Source: Candidatus Thorarchaeota archaeon (GTDB lineage: Archaea > Asgardarchaeota > Heimdallarchaeia > Hodarchaeales > Hodarchaeaceae). Taken from it: a stretch of 32,000 bases of DNA. Shown here in pieces: positions 1 through 9,178 of the stretch; position 1 is the stretch's first letter, and the number at the start of each line of letters is the position of its first letter. The notes below the pieces were generated by a model. It had not been told where the DNA came from. It worked only from the letters and a program-made list of their open reading frames with translations, and did not search any database. The stretch spans positions 34,995 through 66,994 of the forward strand of contig JBHLRO010000021.1 in the NCBI GenBank assembly GCA_048882505.1, given 5' to 3'. The position numbers and the translations under genes are program-made.

Positions 1-1
1 G

Positions 2-343
2 TTTACACTCCCGTAAGACCGACACATCAAATTCAGTCAAGGGGTTGTCCCCTAAAATCTCGAAATACTCAAGGTCTCTACAACTACCCAATGCCTCAAG
101 TTCCGATAACTGGGTAACCCCTGAGTACATGAGCGATATGTTACGCACCTTATTATAAGGAGGGTGTTTGAGGCCCTTGAGTGAAATCAGTGGATAGGGA
201 GTGTCCCCCCATACAAACTGACTTTCATCTGAAGGATCATATTGGCCAACCTGAAGTGTCAACCACGATCCATCGTCGGACAAACGAGCAATCTTGGTTA
301 AATCAACAGAAGTCTGCATGAGATCCAACCTAATCCATCCCAC
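2..343 (-). CDS. Leucine-rich-repeat protein, N-terminal part (runs off the left edge; not in the ORF track)
   Basis: Hand translation from GTG 343 (or ATG 319) is open to the window edge: ...KVRNISLMYSGVTQLSELEALGSCRDLEYFEILGDNPLTEFDVSVLRECK. This has LRR-like LxxLxLxxNxL spacing. An in-frame TAG at 362-364 bounds the 5' end. Confidence 0.65.
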   Translation of the reverse strand, partial: MGWIRLDLMQTSVDLTKIARLSDDGSWLTLQVGQYDPSDESQFVWGDTPYPLISLKGLKHPPYNKVRNISLMYSGVTQLSELEALGSCRDLEYFEILGDNPLTEFDVSVLRECK

Positions 344-512
344 ATCCTTATTTAAATGTTCCTATAGGTCTCAACAGCTCAGATCTATTGTTCTGTTTCT
401 AGTTTCTACACGGATTAAATAAGTAAATTGAAATTAGCTGTCCAATCCTCTTTGATTTTATTATCCTGAATCTCCTCAGAGGTGTTTGTCCAAATTAGAC
501 CGCCATGAAAAA

Positions 513-701
513 TTAAATAGAAGACGCAGACCATTGGCGACATTTCTTTGAAGAAGATTCTAGAAGTCTTATAACTCGACCGGCAGCTGCACTAGCCTGT
601 GTAACACTTTCTCTGATGTCTTTAGCAGCTTCGCCGACAAAACAACCGGATCAAATTCTTCCGAAACCAACCTTCCCTGCATCACTGCCTATCAGTGTCA
701 T
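513..701 (-). pseudogene. Decayed fragment resembling the heterodisulfide reductase A (HdrA) FAD-domain C-terminal motif
   Basis: ATG overlaps the ileS TAA (TAATG). Translation: MTLIGSDAGKVGFGRI*SGCFVGEAAKDIRESVTQASAAAGRVIRLL..., with in-frame TGA at 651-653. KDIRESVTQASAAA matches the HdrA consensus GPKDIPxSVAQASAAA recalled from knowledge. Confidence 0.55.
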
Positions 702-3700
702 TAATGGACAATATTGATCTGTACTTCCCGAGTATTTCCCGTAGGATCCAGGATTGTCCATTCCTTGACAAGTCCTTCTTTTGAAATTGAAAACTCAACA
801 TGAGAAGCGAGAACTTCCGTTTTAATAAGTGTGGAGTAACTTTCGATTACTTTCGCTGTTTGTTGGTCAACCTTCAGTTTCAGGGCGATTTCCGCATCAT
901 AGGGGAGCTGCAGATCTTTTCTCATCGATTGCACCCGCCTTATGAGATCACGAACAAATCCCTCATTAATCAATTCCTCTGTAAGTTCTAAATTTAGGAA
1001 AAGGTCACCACCTTCGAAAGAGGCTCCAGTATATCCTTCTTTTTCGGTGATCCGAATCTCTAAATCCTCCTGATCTATTGTAACCTCTTCCCCATTGATT
1101 TTCGCTTTATAGAACCCTTTTTCATTAAGTATATCTGCAATATCTTTGGAATTCTGTCCTTTTTGATTCCTCATCCACTTAGCAATGTTATTAGCTTTTC
1201 CTTTGTGTTTTGGACCTATTTTATCAAAATTTGGAGAAAACACAATCTCCTGAAAAGCCAAAGGATCATCAGTAAAGATCATTTCCTTGACATTTAGCTC
1301 TTGGACAACCAGGTCCTTTAAACGCGTAAGAGCGGACTTACCTATGTCATTAGCAACAAATACAACCTGTCCAAGAGGCCAGCGAACCTTGATATTCTTC
1401 TGAGCCCGAATAGCCCTTCCAGTGCTAATTGCATTTCGAACAATGTCCACCTGGGCCTCCAGATCCTCCTTGAGCAATCGCTCATCAACTTGAGGATATT
1501 CTTCAAGGTGGACGCTTTCAAATCCAAGATCCTGGCTCTGTGCCAATATTCGATACATTTCCTCTGCAAAAAAGGGAAGAAAAGGCGCCAGCGAACGTGA
1601 AAGTGAAGTAAGGATCTCGTACATCGTGGAATACGCAGATCTCTTTGACAATGATAGTTCCTTCTCCCAGAAACGTCGTCTCGATTGCCGTACCCATAAA
1701 TTTGACAAATCCTGGTTGAGGAAGTTTTGTAAACTACGAACTGCTAGATGGACAGAAAGATCATCAAATGCCTGGTGTACATCCTGTAAGGTGTGATGAA
1801 ATCTTGATAGGATCCAGCGATCCATAAGTGGACGTTCATTCACTTGGACCAAATAATCCTTATCAGTTGGAGTATATGTGTCTAGATTCGCGTACGTAAC
1901 GAAGAACGATAAAACATTCCAAAGAGGGAGGAGAAACTCTTTCATACTCTCTTCAACAAGATTAAAACTAAACCGGACGTCATTCCAAGTGGGAGTACTG
2001 AATAGCAACCAACGAGCTGGATCGGCTCCGTATCTCTCATACAACACATCAGGCGAATCTACGTTGCCACGAGACTTGGACATTTTCTTTCCTTCCTCCG
2101 TTTGGATGTGGCCCATCGTTAAACAGGTTTTATATGCAGGTTGTTCGAAAATTACCGTCGATATAGCGAGAAGCGAGTAAAACCAACCACGAGTCTGATC
2201 TATTGCCTCAGTTATGAAATCAATTGGAAAATGTTTATTGAAAGCCTCTTGGTTTTCGAAGGGGTAATGCCATTGTGCAAAGGAGGCGGAACCTGAATCA
2301 TACCAGGCATCAATGACATATTCCTCTCTGGAACACGAAGAGCTGCATTTTGGACATTGGACCTCAATTAGATCTACATCAGGTTTGTGGAGGGAAAATC
2401 CCGTCGGTAATCCCCCTTTGGTCAACTTCTCCAATTCCTTGCGGCTCCCGATGGCAAACTCGTGTCCTTCGTCACATGTCCAAATAGGTAGTGGTGTTCC
2501 CCAATACCTTGTTCGGGAAAGGGACCAGTCCTTTAATTCGTCAAGAAAGTTCCCAAAGCGCCCATCTTTCAGATGATTAGGTTTCCATCTAACTTGTTGG
2601 TTTAGCTTTTGTATTTCCTTCCTTAACCTGCTCATTCCAATGAACCATGATTCCAGGGCATAATAGAGTAAGGGTGAATCGCATCTCCAACAGAAGGGAT
2701 ATGTGTGTGTAATTTTCTCTTCGCGGAGGAGTTTTCCTTCGGACCTTAGTTGTTCTGTGATCAATGGATCGGCTTCCTTTACATGCATTCCGCCGAAATC
2801 AGGCATATCCTTTACGAAGGTTCCATTTTCCAAAACAGGATGGAACATTTCGACTCCAATCTCTTTACAGAGTTCGTAATCTTCTTGTCCATAAGCAGGA
2901 GCACAATGAACTACCCCAGTTCCTTCCTCCATTGATACAAAATCAGCCGCTACAACAAAATGAGTTTTTCCTGTCTTGTTATCTGCTGTGTATCGAAATA
3001 ATGCCTCATACTCCATTCCTAGGAGGTCTTTCCCTATATATTCCTTAATAATTTCCATTTTACTATCAGGAAAGACCCTAGACAGGAGTGCTTTCGCAAA
3101 AATTAATCGTTCTCCTTCATGATTTATTTCAATATACGTTTCATCCACAGCAATTGCCAGAACCAGATTGGATAATAAAGTCCAAGGCGTTGTCGTCCAG
3201 GCAAGAAAATAACGATCTTTCTCGCTTCTGATCTTGAACTTGAGATATATACTGGGATCTTCCGTTTCCTGGTATCCTTGAGCCACCTCGTGAGATGATA
3301 GGGATGTCCCACAGCGTGTGCAATATGGAAGAACTTTATAGCCTTTGAACAGTAATCCTTTATCATAAATGGTTTTTAATGACCACCAGACCGACTCAAC
3401 GTATTCTTCACTCATAGTAATATAGCTGGAGGGCATATCCAAATGGAAACCGCCCCGAGTAGACATGTTTTCCCATTCCTTGACATATCGAAGAACGCTT
3501 TCCCTGCACTTCTGAATAAACTTCTCAGCCCCGTATGCCTCTATGTCTTCTTTGCTTTCCAAACCCAGTTCCTTTTCAACCTCTATTTCGACAGGGAGTC
3601 CATGACAGTCCCAACCACCAATCCGGGGAGTAACAAAGTGGCCTGTCATTGTCTTGTATCTTAAATAGACGTCTTTTATAACGCGGGTAAGTAGGTGGCC

Positions 3701-3871
3701 TACATGGGGAAGCCCGTTGGCCGTGGGAGGCCCTTCCAAAAATATAAACGGGGGGTATTTTGCAGATGAATCTTGGACCTTTTTTTCTATGTCATTCTGT
3801 TTCCAATATTCAAAAACCACAGTTTCAATGGTAGGAAAGTCAGGTTTTTGTTGTAACTCTGGAAATTTCAC
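701..3871 (-). CDS. ileS: Isoleucine--tRNA ligase (archaeal/eukaryote-like type)
   Basis: EGPPTANGLPHVGH (HIGH motif), GWDCHGLPVE, WTTTPWTL editing domain, GTGVVHCAP, KMSKS. 1056 aa, GTG start. Confidence 0.98.
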   Translation of the reverse strand: MKFPELQQKPDFPTIETVVFEYWKQNDIEKKVQDSSAKYPPFIFLEGPPTANGLPHVGHLLTRVIKDVYLRYKTMTGHFVTPRIGGWDCHGLPVEIEVEKELGLESKEDIEAYGAEKFIQKCRESVLRYVKEWENMSTRGGFHLDMPSSYITMSEEYVESVWWSLKTIYDKGLLFKGYKVLPYCTRCGTSLSSHEVAQGYQETEDPSIYLKFKIRSEKDRYFLAWTTTPWTLLSNLVLAIAVDETYIEINHEGERLIFAKALLSRVFPDSKMEIIKEYIGKDLLGMEYEALFRYTADNKTGKTHFVVAADFVSMEEGTGVVHCAPAYGQEDYELCKEIGVEMFHPVLENGTFVKDMPDFGGMHVKEADPLITEQLRSEGKLLREEKITHTYPFCWRCDSPLLYYALESWFIGMSRLRKEIQKLNQQVRWKPNHLKDGRFGNFLDELKDWSLSRTRYWGTPLPIWTCDEGHEFAIGSRKELEKLTKGGLPTGFSLHKPDVDLIEVQCPKCSSSCSREEYVIDAWYDSGSASFAQWHYPFENQEAFNKHFPIDFITEAIDQTRGWFYSLLAISTVIFEQPAYKTCLTMGHIQTEEGKKMSKSRGNVDSPDVLYERYGADPARWLLFSTPTWNDVRFSFNLVEESMKEFLLPLWNVLSFFVTYANLDTYTPTDKDYLVQVNERPLMDRWILSRFHHTLQDVHQAFDDLSVHLAVRSLQNFLNQDLSNLWVRQSRRRFWEKELSLSKRSAYSTMYEILTSLSRSLAPFLPFFAEEMYRILAQSQDLGFESVHLEEYPQVDERLLKEDLEAQVDIVRNAISTGRAIRAQKNIKVRWPLGQVVFVANDIGKSALTRLKDLVVQELNVKEMIFTDDPLAFQEIVFSPNFDKIGPKHKGKANNIAKWMRNQKGQNSKDIADILNEKGFYKAKINGEEVTIDQEDLEIRITEKEGYTGASFEGGDLFLNLELTEELINEGFVRDLIRRVQSMRKDLQLPYDAEIALKLKVDQQTAKVIESYSTLIKTEVLASHVEFSISKEGLVKEWTILDPTGNTREVQINIVH

Positions 3872-4316
3872 ACGATTTGCCTCTATATCAGTAGATCTGG
3901 AGGATGTCCAAGTATCTGGCCAAAAAAAATAGCATTTTTAACCCTTTTCAACAGAGAGGGAGAGAAATTAACCTAACATGTGGATTTAGTCAGAGGTATC
4001 CGACCGCGGTGAATCCCTCAGGCGAAATGATTTCCTTAATCTAGAAAAACCTTGAAAGCATAATAACTAGACTAAAACCAGTCAATAAACCTTTTATCCA
4101 TCACTTTGGAAATAAAACTTCCAAAATTTCTTTCTTTTTGCTATTACTATTACATACTTTTCCCCATAAATAATATTAGCAATTTAGAGACATAAGAGGT
4201 AATATTTCTCGTATATAACAGTTTAGTCACGACCCCTGGGTTTGCATCTTTATATTACAAATCTTTTTCAATGTGTCCAAAATACAACTTTCAATATAGT
4301 AGTCCACCTCTTGGGA

Positions 4317-4715
4317 ATGGTAATATTGAGTGAAAGAGCCCAGAAGACGATTGAAGTAGTCGAGAAAGTCTTTGATAGCAAAAATGTCAAAATACCACTA
4401 TGTATTTCTATTGTTTCAGACGAAGGTTTCGAGTTGTTTTCGAGTGAGCAATGCAATCCAGATGAAATGGATATCATCCATGGATTGGGACTTGTGGCCT
4501 ACGAAGAGTTAAAATCAAGTTTCCATACTCGAACGGATCAAGAGATAAATATTCTAATCTTCCGTACCAGGGAGAGAGAGTTCTATGTCGCACCGGTTGC
4601 AGCAAGTGTCTTTTTGGTGGCCTCATCAGATAAAGGAACGGTCGGCAACGTAATGCCATTTTTGGACGGACTGAGCGCTCAAGTAAAGTTTGAGCTTTCC
4701 AAACTTGAGGTTTAA
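4317..4715 (+). CDS. Roadblock/LC7 (MglB-like) domain protein
   Basis: From ATG 4317, 132 aa with the alpha-beta-beta-alpha-beta-beta-beta-alpha pattern: CISIVSDEGFEL hairpin, helix, ILIFRT/FYVAPV/VFLVASS strands, C-terminal helix. The track's TTG 4242 start is probably too far upstream. Confidence 0.75.
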   Translation: MVILSERAQKTIEVVEKVFDSKNVKIPLCISIVSDEGFELFSSEQCNPDEMDIIHGLGLVAYEELKSSFHTRTDQEINILIFRTREREFYVAPVAASVFLVASSDKGTVGNVMPFLDGLSAQVKFELSKLEV

Positions 4716-4716
4716 G

Positions 4717-5586
4717 GTGATTTTTTTGGATTTTGAACATTTGCGTGTCGTCGCTGAAGAAGCAGCTCGAATGGCGGGCTCTTTTCTTCGAATGATGTCT
4801 TTTAGTGACTTAAAGATATTTCGAAAGGGCTTGAGAGGTGAGGATGTCTTCACTACCTTTGATCTGGAAAGTGAACGTCTAATTACAAACCACATTCTAA
4901 TGCATTTTCCCGATCATGCAATTTACGCAGAAGAGTCGCAACGAGATTCAGAATCAAATGGCTTTACATCCATTGGTGATAAAATAGTTTGGTTTATTGA
5001 TCCACTTGACGGAACAAAGGCATTTTTGAGAGGTAATTTTGCTTTTGTTTGCATGTCGATTGCAGCTTGGGATAGAAATGGTCTTCTAGCAGGTGTAGTC
5101 TATAATCCTTTCACCGACATGATGTATTCTACTTGTCGAAGCGGTGATGTCTGGTTAAACGGATCAAGCATTCCCCCTCCAGGAACATGCAGTATATCTG
5201 AAGCTCGAATCCTTGTCGATTTTTCAGCTAGGCTACCTTTCCCTCTTAAACAGACTTTGGCTGTTGCTGATCTTGTAGGAAGTATAGGTCGTTCATACCG
5301 CTTAGGTGGGGGAATTTCCCAACATCTCATGTTGGTAGCTCAAGGTACTCTTCATGGGGGAGTTTTCTGGGGAATTGGACGAAAAGGAAAATTCTGGGAC
5401 ATTGCAGCTGCTGCATTAATTCTAGATCAGTTGGGCCTTCGTTTCACGAATCTTGAGGGTAAAACTCTACATCCAACTGATACTGTATTTGATCAACTCG
5501 TCGTGGCTGCGCCAGATTTGCACGAAGAGCTATTAGCTTGGGTGAGTGAACTAAAACCACTCTCAGGTCCAAAAAAACTCCATTGA
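4717..5586 (+). CDS. Inositol monophosphatase family protein (SuhB/FBPase-like)
   Basis: YAEES, WFIDPLDGT and FWDIAAA metal-binding motifs. GTG 4717 lies 1 nt after the Roadblock stop. Confidence 0.92.
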   Translation: MIFLDFEHLRVVAEEAARMAGSFLRMMSFSDLKIFRKGLRGEDVFTTFDLESERLITNHILMHFPDHAIYAEESQRDSESNGFTSIGDKIVWFIDPLDGTKAFLRGNFAFVCMSIAAWDRNGLLAGVVYNPFTDMMYSTCRSGDVWLNGSSIPPPGTCSISEARILVDFSARLPFPLKQTLAVADLVGSIGRSYRLGGGISQHLMLVAQGTLHGGVFWGIGRKGKFWDIAAAALILDQLGLRFTNLEGKTLHPTDTVFDQLVVAAPDLHEELLAWVSELKPLSGPKKLH

Positions 5587-5623
5587 CTTAATATTGTGGG
5601 GATTTGATAAAGAGCTCCTATGT

Positions 5624-6355
5624 TTACTTTTTGAGGGCCTCAGGTCTTAAAACAATGCCTGTAACCTCTCTTCCGCTTTCAGGATCCTCAAATGCCTGAA
5701 TATAAAAATCGGGCGAGTTTGCTAGTTTTTGGTAGAGTTCTCCTCGCAGCTTATCATCCAAAGCGAAATATCTTCCAAATGTGAAAAACTGCAGTTTGAG
5801 TTCCCCTGCTGAACTCTTGAACTCATGGTAGATCCATTTCTCGACCTGATCAATTGTATCTTCCACCGTGGACAGAGATTGTAGCATAATTTTGGCCTCT
5901 TCCTCAGTGATATCTTGATATTTTTTCCTCAACCTCTCTATGATATTTTCTATGGTCAAGGATTCAGCAAAATTGGCCGATATAAACCCTCCCGCGTCTT
6001 TCTCTTCCTCAAATAATGTGAATATTCGTTTTTCAATATCCTCCAACGAAAAAGCCAGGTTCTCGATATCAATTTCAATGTGAATCTTTTGATGCCGTAG
6101 TTTCCAATGTTTGACCTTTCGTTTTCCGTCACTAATCGCTTCCATCTCATAATACGCAAGCTTTAGCTTTTCTAGCCTATCCAAGTGATGGAGGATAGTA
6201 GGAATCGATTTGTTGAGTTCACTTGAAAGATCGGAGGCCGTTAATCCTTTAGGGGAATATTTTTTCATTAAACGGAGCATATCCATTCGGGTCTGGTCTG
6301 CTAACACATTGAGGGCCTCAATTGCCTCATGGTTGCGTAAAAAGAAAGGATCCAC
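5624..6355 (-). CDS. ArsR-family winged-helix transcriptional regulator with uncharacterised C-terminal domain
   Basis: LNVLADQTRMDMLRLM...LTASDLSSELNKSIPTILHHLDRLEKLKL is a typical ArsR HTH. Confidence 0.85.
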   Translation of the reverse strand: MDPFFLRNHEAIEALNVLADQTRMDMLRLMKKYSPKGLTASDLSSELNKSIPTILHHLDRLEKLKLAYYEMEAISDGKRKVKHWKLRHQKIHIEIDIENLAFSLEDIEKRIFTLFEEEKDAGGFISANFAESLTIENIIERLRKKYQDITEEEAKIMLQSLSTVEDTIDQVEKWIYHEFKSSAGELKLQFFTFGRYFALDDKLRGELYQKLANSPDFYIQAFEDPESGREVTGIVLRPEALKK

Positions 6356-6805
6356 GGAAGTCCGCTCCGATGATTCATTCCCTTTTTCTATTTAAAAATC
6401 AGCATCTTATGGCATAAAATACTAGTAGGCATCATCTTGTTTTGTAAAACATCTTAAATTTTCTGATTCCTGAGGCAATCACAATCTGGGATTGTTTTAC
6501 TATTAGTATGATCTCCATTTACATGAGTTTCTAATAAATGTACGGGAAGAGAGGCCAAAAAGCGATCCGATGTTACAAAAAGCTGTTCTCTCACCCATCT
6601 TGACCGTAACAAATCAGATTTTGTTCATTAAATGAAAGACTTTTTCTTCAGAAGTTATCCAAGGTTTTTCTTTGTTTCCCAACTGTAATATATTCACATA
6701 TTGAAGGATTTGCGGCTCCACTATGAGGGAAGGTTCAATCATGATATTAACATCTTATGACGAAATAAGAGGATATTCGGGATATCGTGGGGAAAAGGTG
6801 AGATT

Positions 6806-7057
6806 ATGCCCGAAGAGTGCCAAACCGACTTTATTGGGAATTTTAGAGTGCGGAATTTCACCCAGGAGAGCCTTGAAAATGAAAATCTACATAGTTTAGT
6901 CTCTTTTTTGGCTTCCTTAGACATCTGCAAGAGCTGCCTCGCATCAATTCCAACTCTTGAGTCGGATTTTAATTCAGAATTGAATTATAAGATTAATTTT
7001 GAAACTAAGACCTTAGATATTCGGTACGCTAAGAATTTTGTCAAAAATGCGTGGTGA
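6806..7057 (+). CDS. Small hypothetical protein (83 aa)
   Basis: AGGTGA Shine-Dalgarno just upstream of the ATG. Its TGA overlaps the next gene's GTG (GTGA). Confidence 0.5.
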   Translation: MPEECQTDFIGNFRVRNFTQESLENENLHSLVSFLASLDICKSCLASIPTLESDFNSELNYKINFETKTLDIRYAKNFVKNAW

Positions 7058-7542
7058 TTAAGGAATATCGGGTAGAAACGAGACTATCTACCAAGAAATC
7101 TGTTTATAGCAGGGAGCAAAATAGATATCAATTATTTCCAATGCTGTGTTACGTGGAATTTCGGTTGAATGAGAGAATTATAACTAGAGAATACCTAAAA
7201 AAGAACCCTAATGAAATTTTCGTCTTCGGAGACAACTATCACCGTAGAGGAACAGGGGGAGCAGCAATCTTACGAGATGAACCCAATGTTTATGGCTTCA
7301 TAACAAAGAAGACGCCTGGTTCTAATTCTGAAGACTATTTTACTTTGGAGGAATATCACACAGTCTTTGAACGGGAGCTTAATAAGCTCATCGAAGAAAT
7401 TTTACGAAACCCGGATAAAACATATCTGATTTCGCGGATTGGGGCTGGAATCGCTAATCGTCACGGGATCTTTGAAGGAATTATCGACCCCCAAATTAAG
7501 AAAGCACTAAAGAAATATAAAAATGTGAAATTTCTCTGGTAA
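7054..7542 (+). CDS. Macrodomain-like protein of the 'IFVFGxN..G.GGAA' family often seen in phages
   Basis: IFVFGDNYHRRGTGGAAILRDEPNVYGFITKK and ISRIGAGIAN parallel the two glycine-rich loops of macrodomains. The start is uncertain and may be further downstream. Confidence 0.6.
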   Translation: MIKEYRVETRLSTKKSVYSREQNRYQLFPMLCYVEFRLNERIITREYLKKNPNEIFVFGDNYHRRGTGGAAILRDEPNVYGFITKKTPGSNSEDYFTLEEYHTVFERELNKLIEEILRNPDKTYLISRIGAGIANRHGIFEGIIDPQIKKALKKYKNVKFLW

Positions 7543-7549
7543 GATGAAA

Positions 7550-8371
7550 CTATCCTCCTGCGGATTCAAATTTTCTTAAAGCACGACTCCACACGAGTTT
7601 TGTTAATAGAAGTAAAACTAGAATCCAGAAAAATCCTTGGAACAGCGAAATAACGAATTCCTCGATCGTTAGCCTTCCTAATACCCATTGAGCTGGGATA
7701 TAACTAATTAGATAAAATGGAAGTATTTTAACAATTGGTTGATATGCTGAAGGGAGGAGATCTACAGGTAAAAGTTCACCTCCGAGAATTTGCATGATGG
7801 CCAAAAATGCAGCTCGAATCGGCCATATTTGTCTAATGTAAAAGGTCGAAGCGCCAACCATTGCAAAACAGAGGAAACTTAAGATATAACCAATTCCTAT
7901 TGACAACAAAAAAGCCCCAAAGATTAAGGGATCAAACGTTATTGGCAGTGCCAAGGTAGCAATTATTATGAGGATAACTGGCAATAAGCTTGCTGCACTC
8001 AATAATGATCTGGACAGAATTTGAGCAAAACGAAAGCTAAGATAATCCACTGGCCTGCATAGATATATGGTCATTGTTCCATCCAAATTATCATCTTGAA
8101 TACCCCACGCGATCTTGTACAGGAGAAGGGCCTCCCCAATGAATGTGACTATCAAACTATAACTTAATATTTCTTTAAGAGAGTAATTAAACGATTCTGT
8201 GGCTTGTGGGTTTGATGAATACACTATTGACCAAATGATCACTAATAGGATAAAGTTCATTGGTCCCCACGCTAAAAAACCAATGAAATCGCCCCAGTAC
8301 GCTCGGAGATCAGTGAGTGACGTTCTCATAACCCTAACATATTTACTGATCACAACCACCGAGACATCCAC
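7550..8371 (-). CDS. ABC-2 type exporter permease
   Basis: About 6 TM segments, IQDDNLDGTMTIYLCRPV and GGELLPVDLLP motifs. Start abuts the upstream permease stop. Confidence 0.88.
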   Translation of the reverse strand: MDVSVVVISKYVRVMRTSLTDLRAYWGDFIGFLAWGPMNFILLVIIWSIVYSSNPQATESFNYSLKEILSYSLIVTFIGEALLLYKIAWGIQDDNLDGTMTIYLCRPVDYLSFRFAQILSRSLLSAASLLPVILIIIATLALPITFDPLIFGAFLLSIGIGYILSFLCFAMVGASTFYIRQIWPIRAAFLAIMQILGGELLPVDLLPSAYQPIVKILPFYLISYIPAQWVLGRLTIEEFVISLFQGFFWILVLLLLTKLVWSRALRKFESAGG

Positions 8372-9178
8372 CTAGTTAGAGGCGCTCTCATATCGCTTTA
8401 TCCCTAATCTCCAGATAAGGAGGAAAGTACCAATCCAAAATAAACAGAGAGGAACTTGAAGTACCAAAACCCAGATGGCATTATCCAAAGTGAGGCGTTC
8501 CAGCAAAATCTCAGTAGGAAAAGCACTGAGAAACGCGATTGGAAATCCTACCATAAGAAATGTAGTGATTCCTCTCGGAAGGGATGTAGCAGGTACTCTG
8601 ACAAAACTAACCTCAAGAGACTCAAAGGCCTCTTGTACAAATTCAGCTCTTCCAATCGTAAAACCAGCCAATGCGGTAACAGAACCATACAGCAAATAGA
8701 GGGTAGTCATACCGATTACTAAACTGCAAAATGCAAGGATCAGGTTTAGAATTTGGAATTGCAAATGGTAGTAAACGCTAACCAACCACATTAAGAAAAT
8801 CGAAACAAACAGGAAAGCACTTCCCCCAACCCATACGTCCTCGAAAAGAACCCCTAATAGCGGATGTCTTAGTGGCCGACATAACCACCGTTCTATGTCA
8901 CCCTCTATAATTTTATAGGGGAGCGCCCATACCCCTGTAAAGAATAATGACGCCAAACCCCATGCAAAGTATCCAAGGGCCGTGAAAATCAAAATCTCGT
9001 GAATTTGCCATGTACCAAAGCTTTGACCAGCAAGAGTAATCTGCCAAAAGATAACAAAGGTCAAAAGCATTGCTGTGCCTTCAATAAATCCGCCTAAAAT
9101 CATAAAAGGATATTGATATACCATTTTATAGGACATGACAATAAAACGCCATTGAATCCTCAAAATTTTACGGATCAT
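8372..9178 (-). CDS. ABC-2 type exporter permease (second subunit)
   Basis: About 6 TM segments, IIEGDIERWLCRPL motif. ATGA overlap with the ATPase stop. Confidence 0.88.
   Translation of the reverse strand: MIRKILRIQWRFIVMSYKMVYQYPFMILGGFIEGTAMLLTFVIFWQITLAGQSFGTWQIHEILIFTALGYFAWGLASLFFTGVWALPYKIIEGDIERWLCRPLRHPLLGVLFEDVWVGGSAFLFVSIFLMWLVSVYYHLQFQILNLILAFCSLVIGMTTLYLLYGSVTALAGFTIGRAEFVQEAFESLEVSFVRVPATSLPRGITTFLMVGFPIAFLSAFPTEILLERLTLDNAIWVLVLQVPLCLFWIGTFLLIWRLGIKRYESASN

Noticed and set aside
651-653. UGA as selenocysteine in the HdrA-like fragment
   Set aside because: It does not align with a Cys position in the recalled motif, nearby residues appear deleted, and no SECIS-like hairpin is evident downstream.
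800-3932. Numerous 60-100 aa ORFs inside or overlapping ileS (and similar ones inside lhr, the ABC genes, the S9 peptidase, the MFS and the surface protein)
   Set aside because: Antisense or alternate-frame shadows of long well-supported genes.
3930-4240. Possible ncRNA, tRNA or T-box-like leader upstream of ileS (GC-rich patch with ACCGCGGT palindrome near 3990-4020)
   Set aside because: No cloverleaf, TpsiC or T-box consensus is visible, and T-boxes are not established in archaea.
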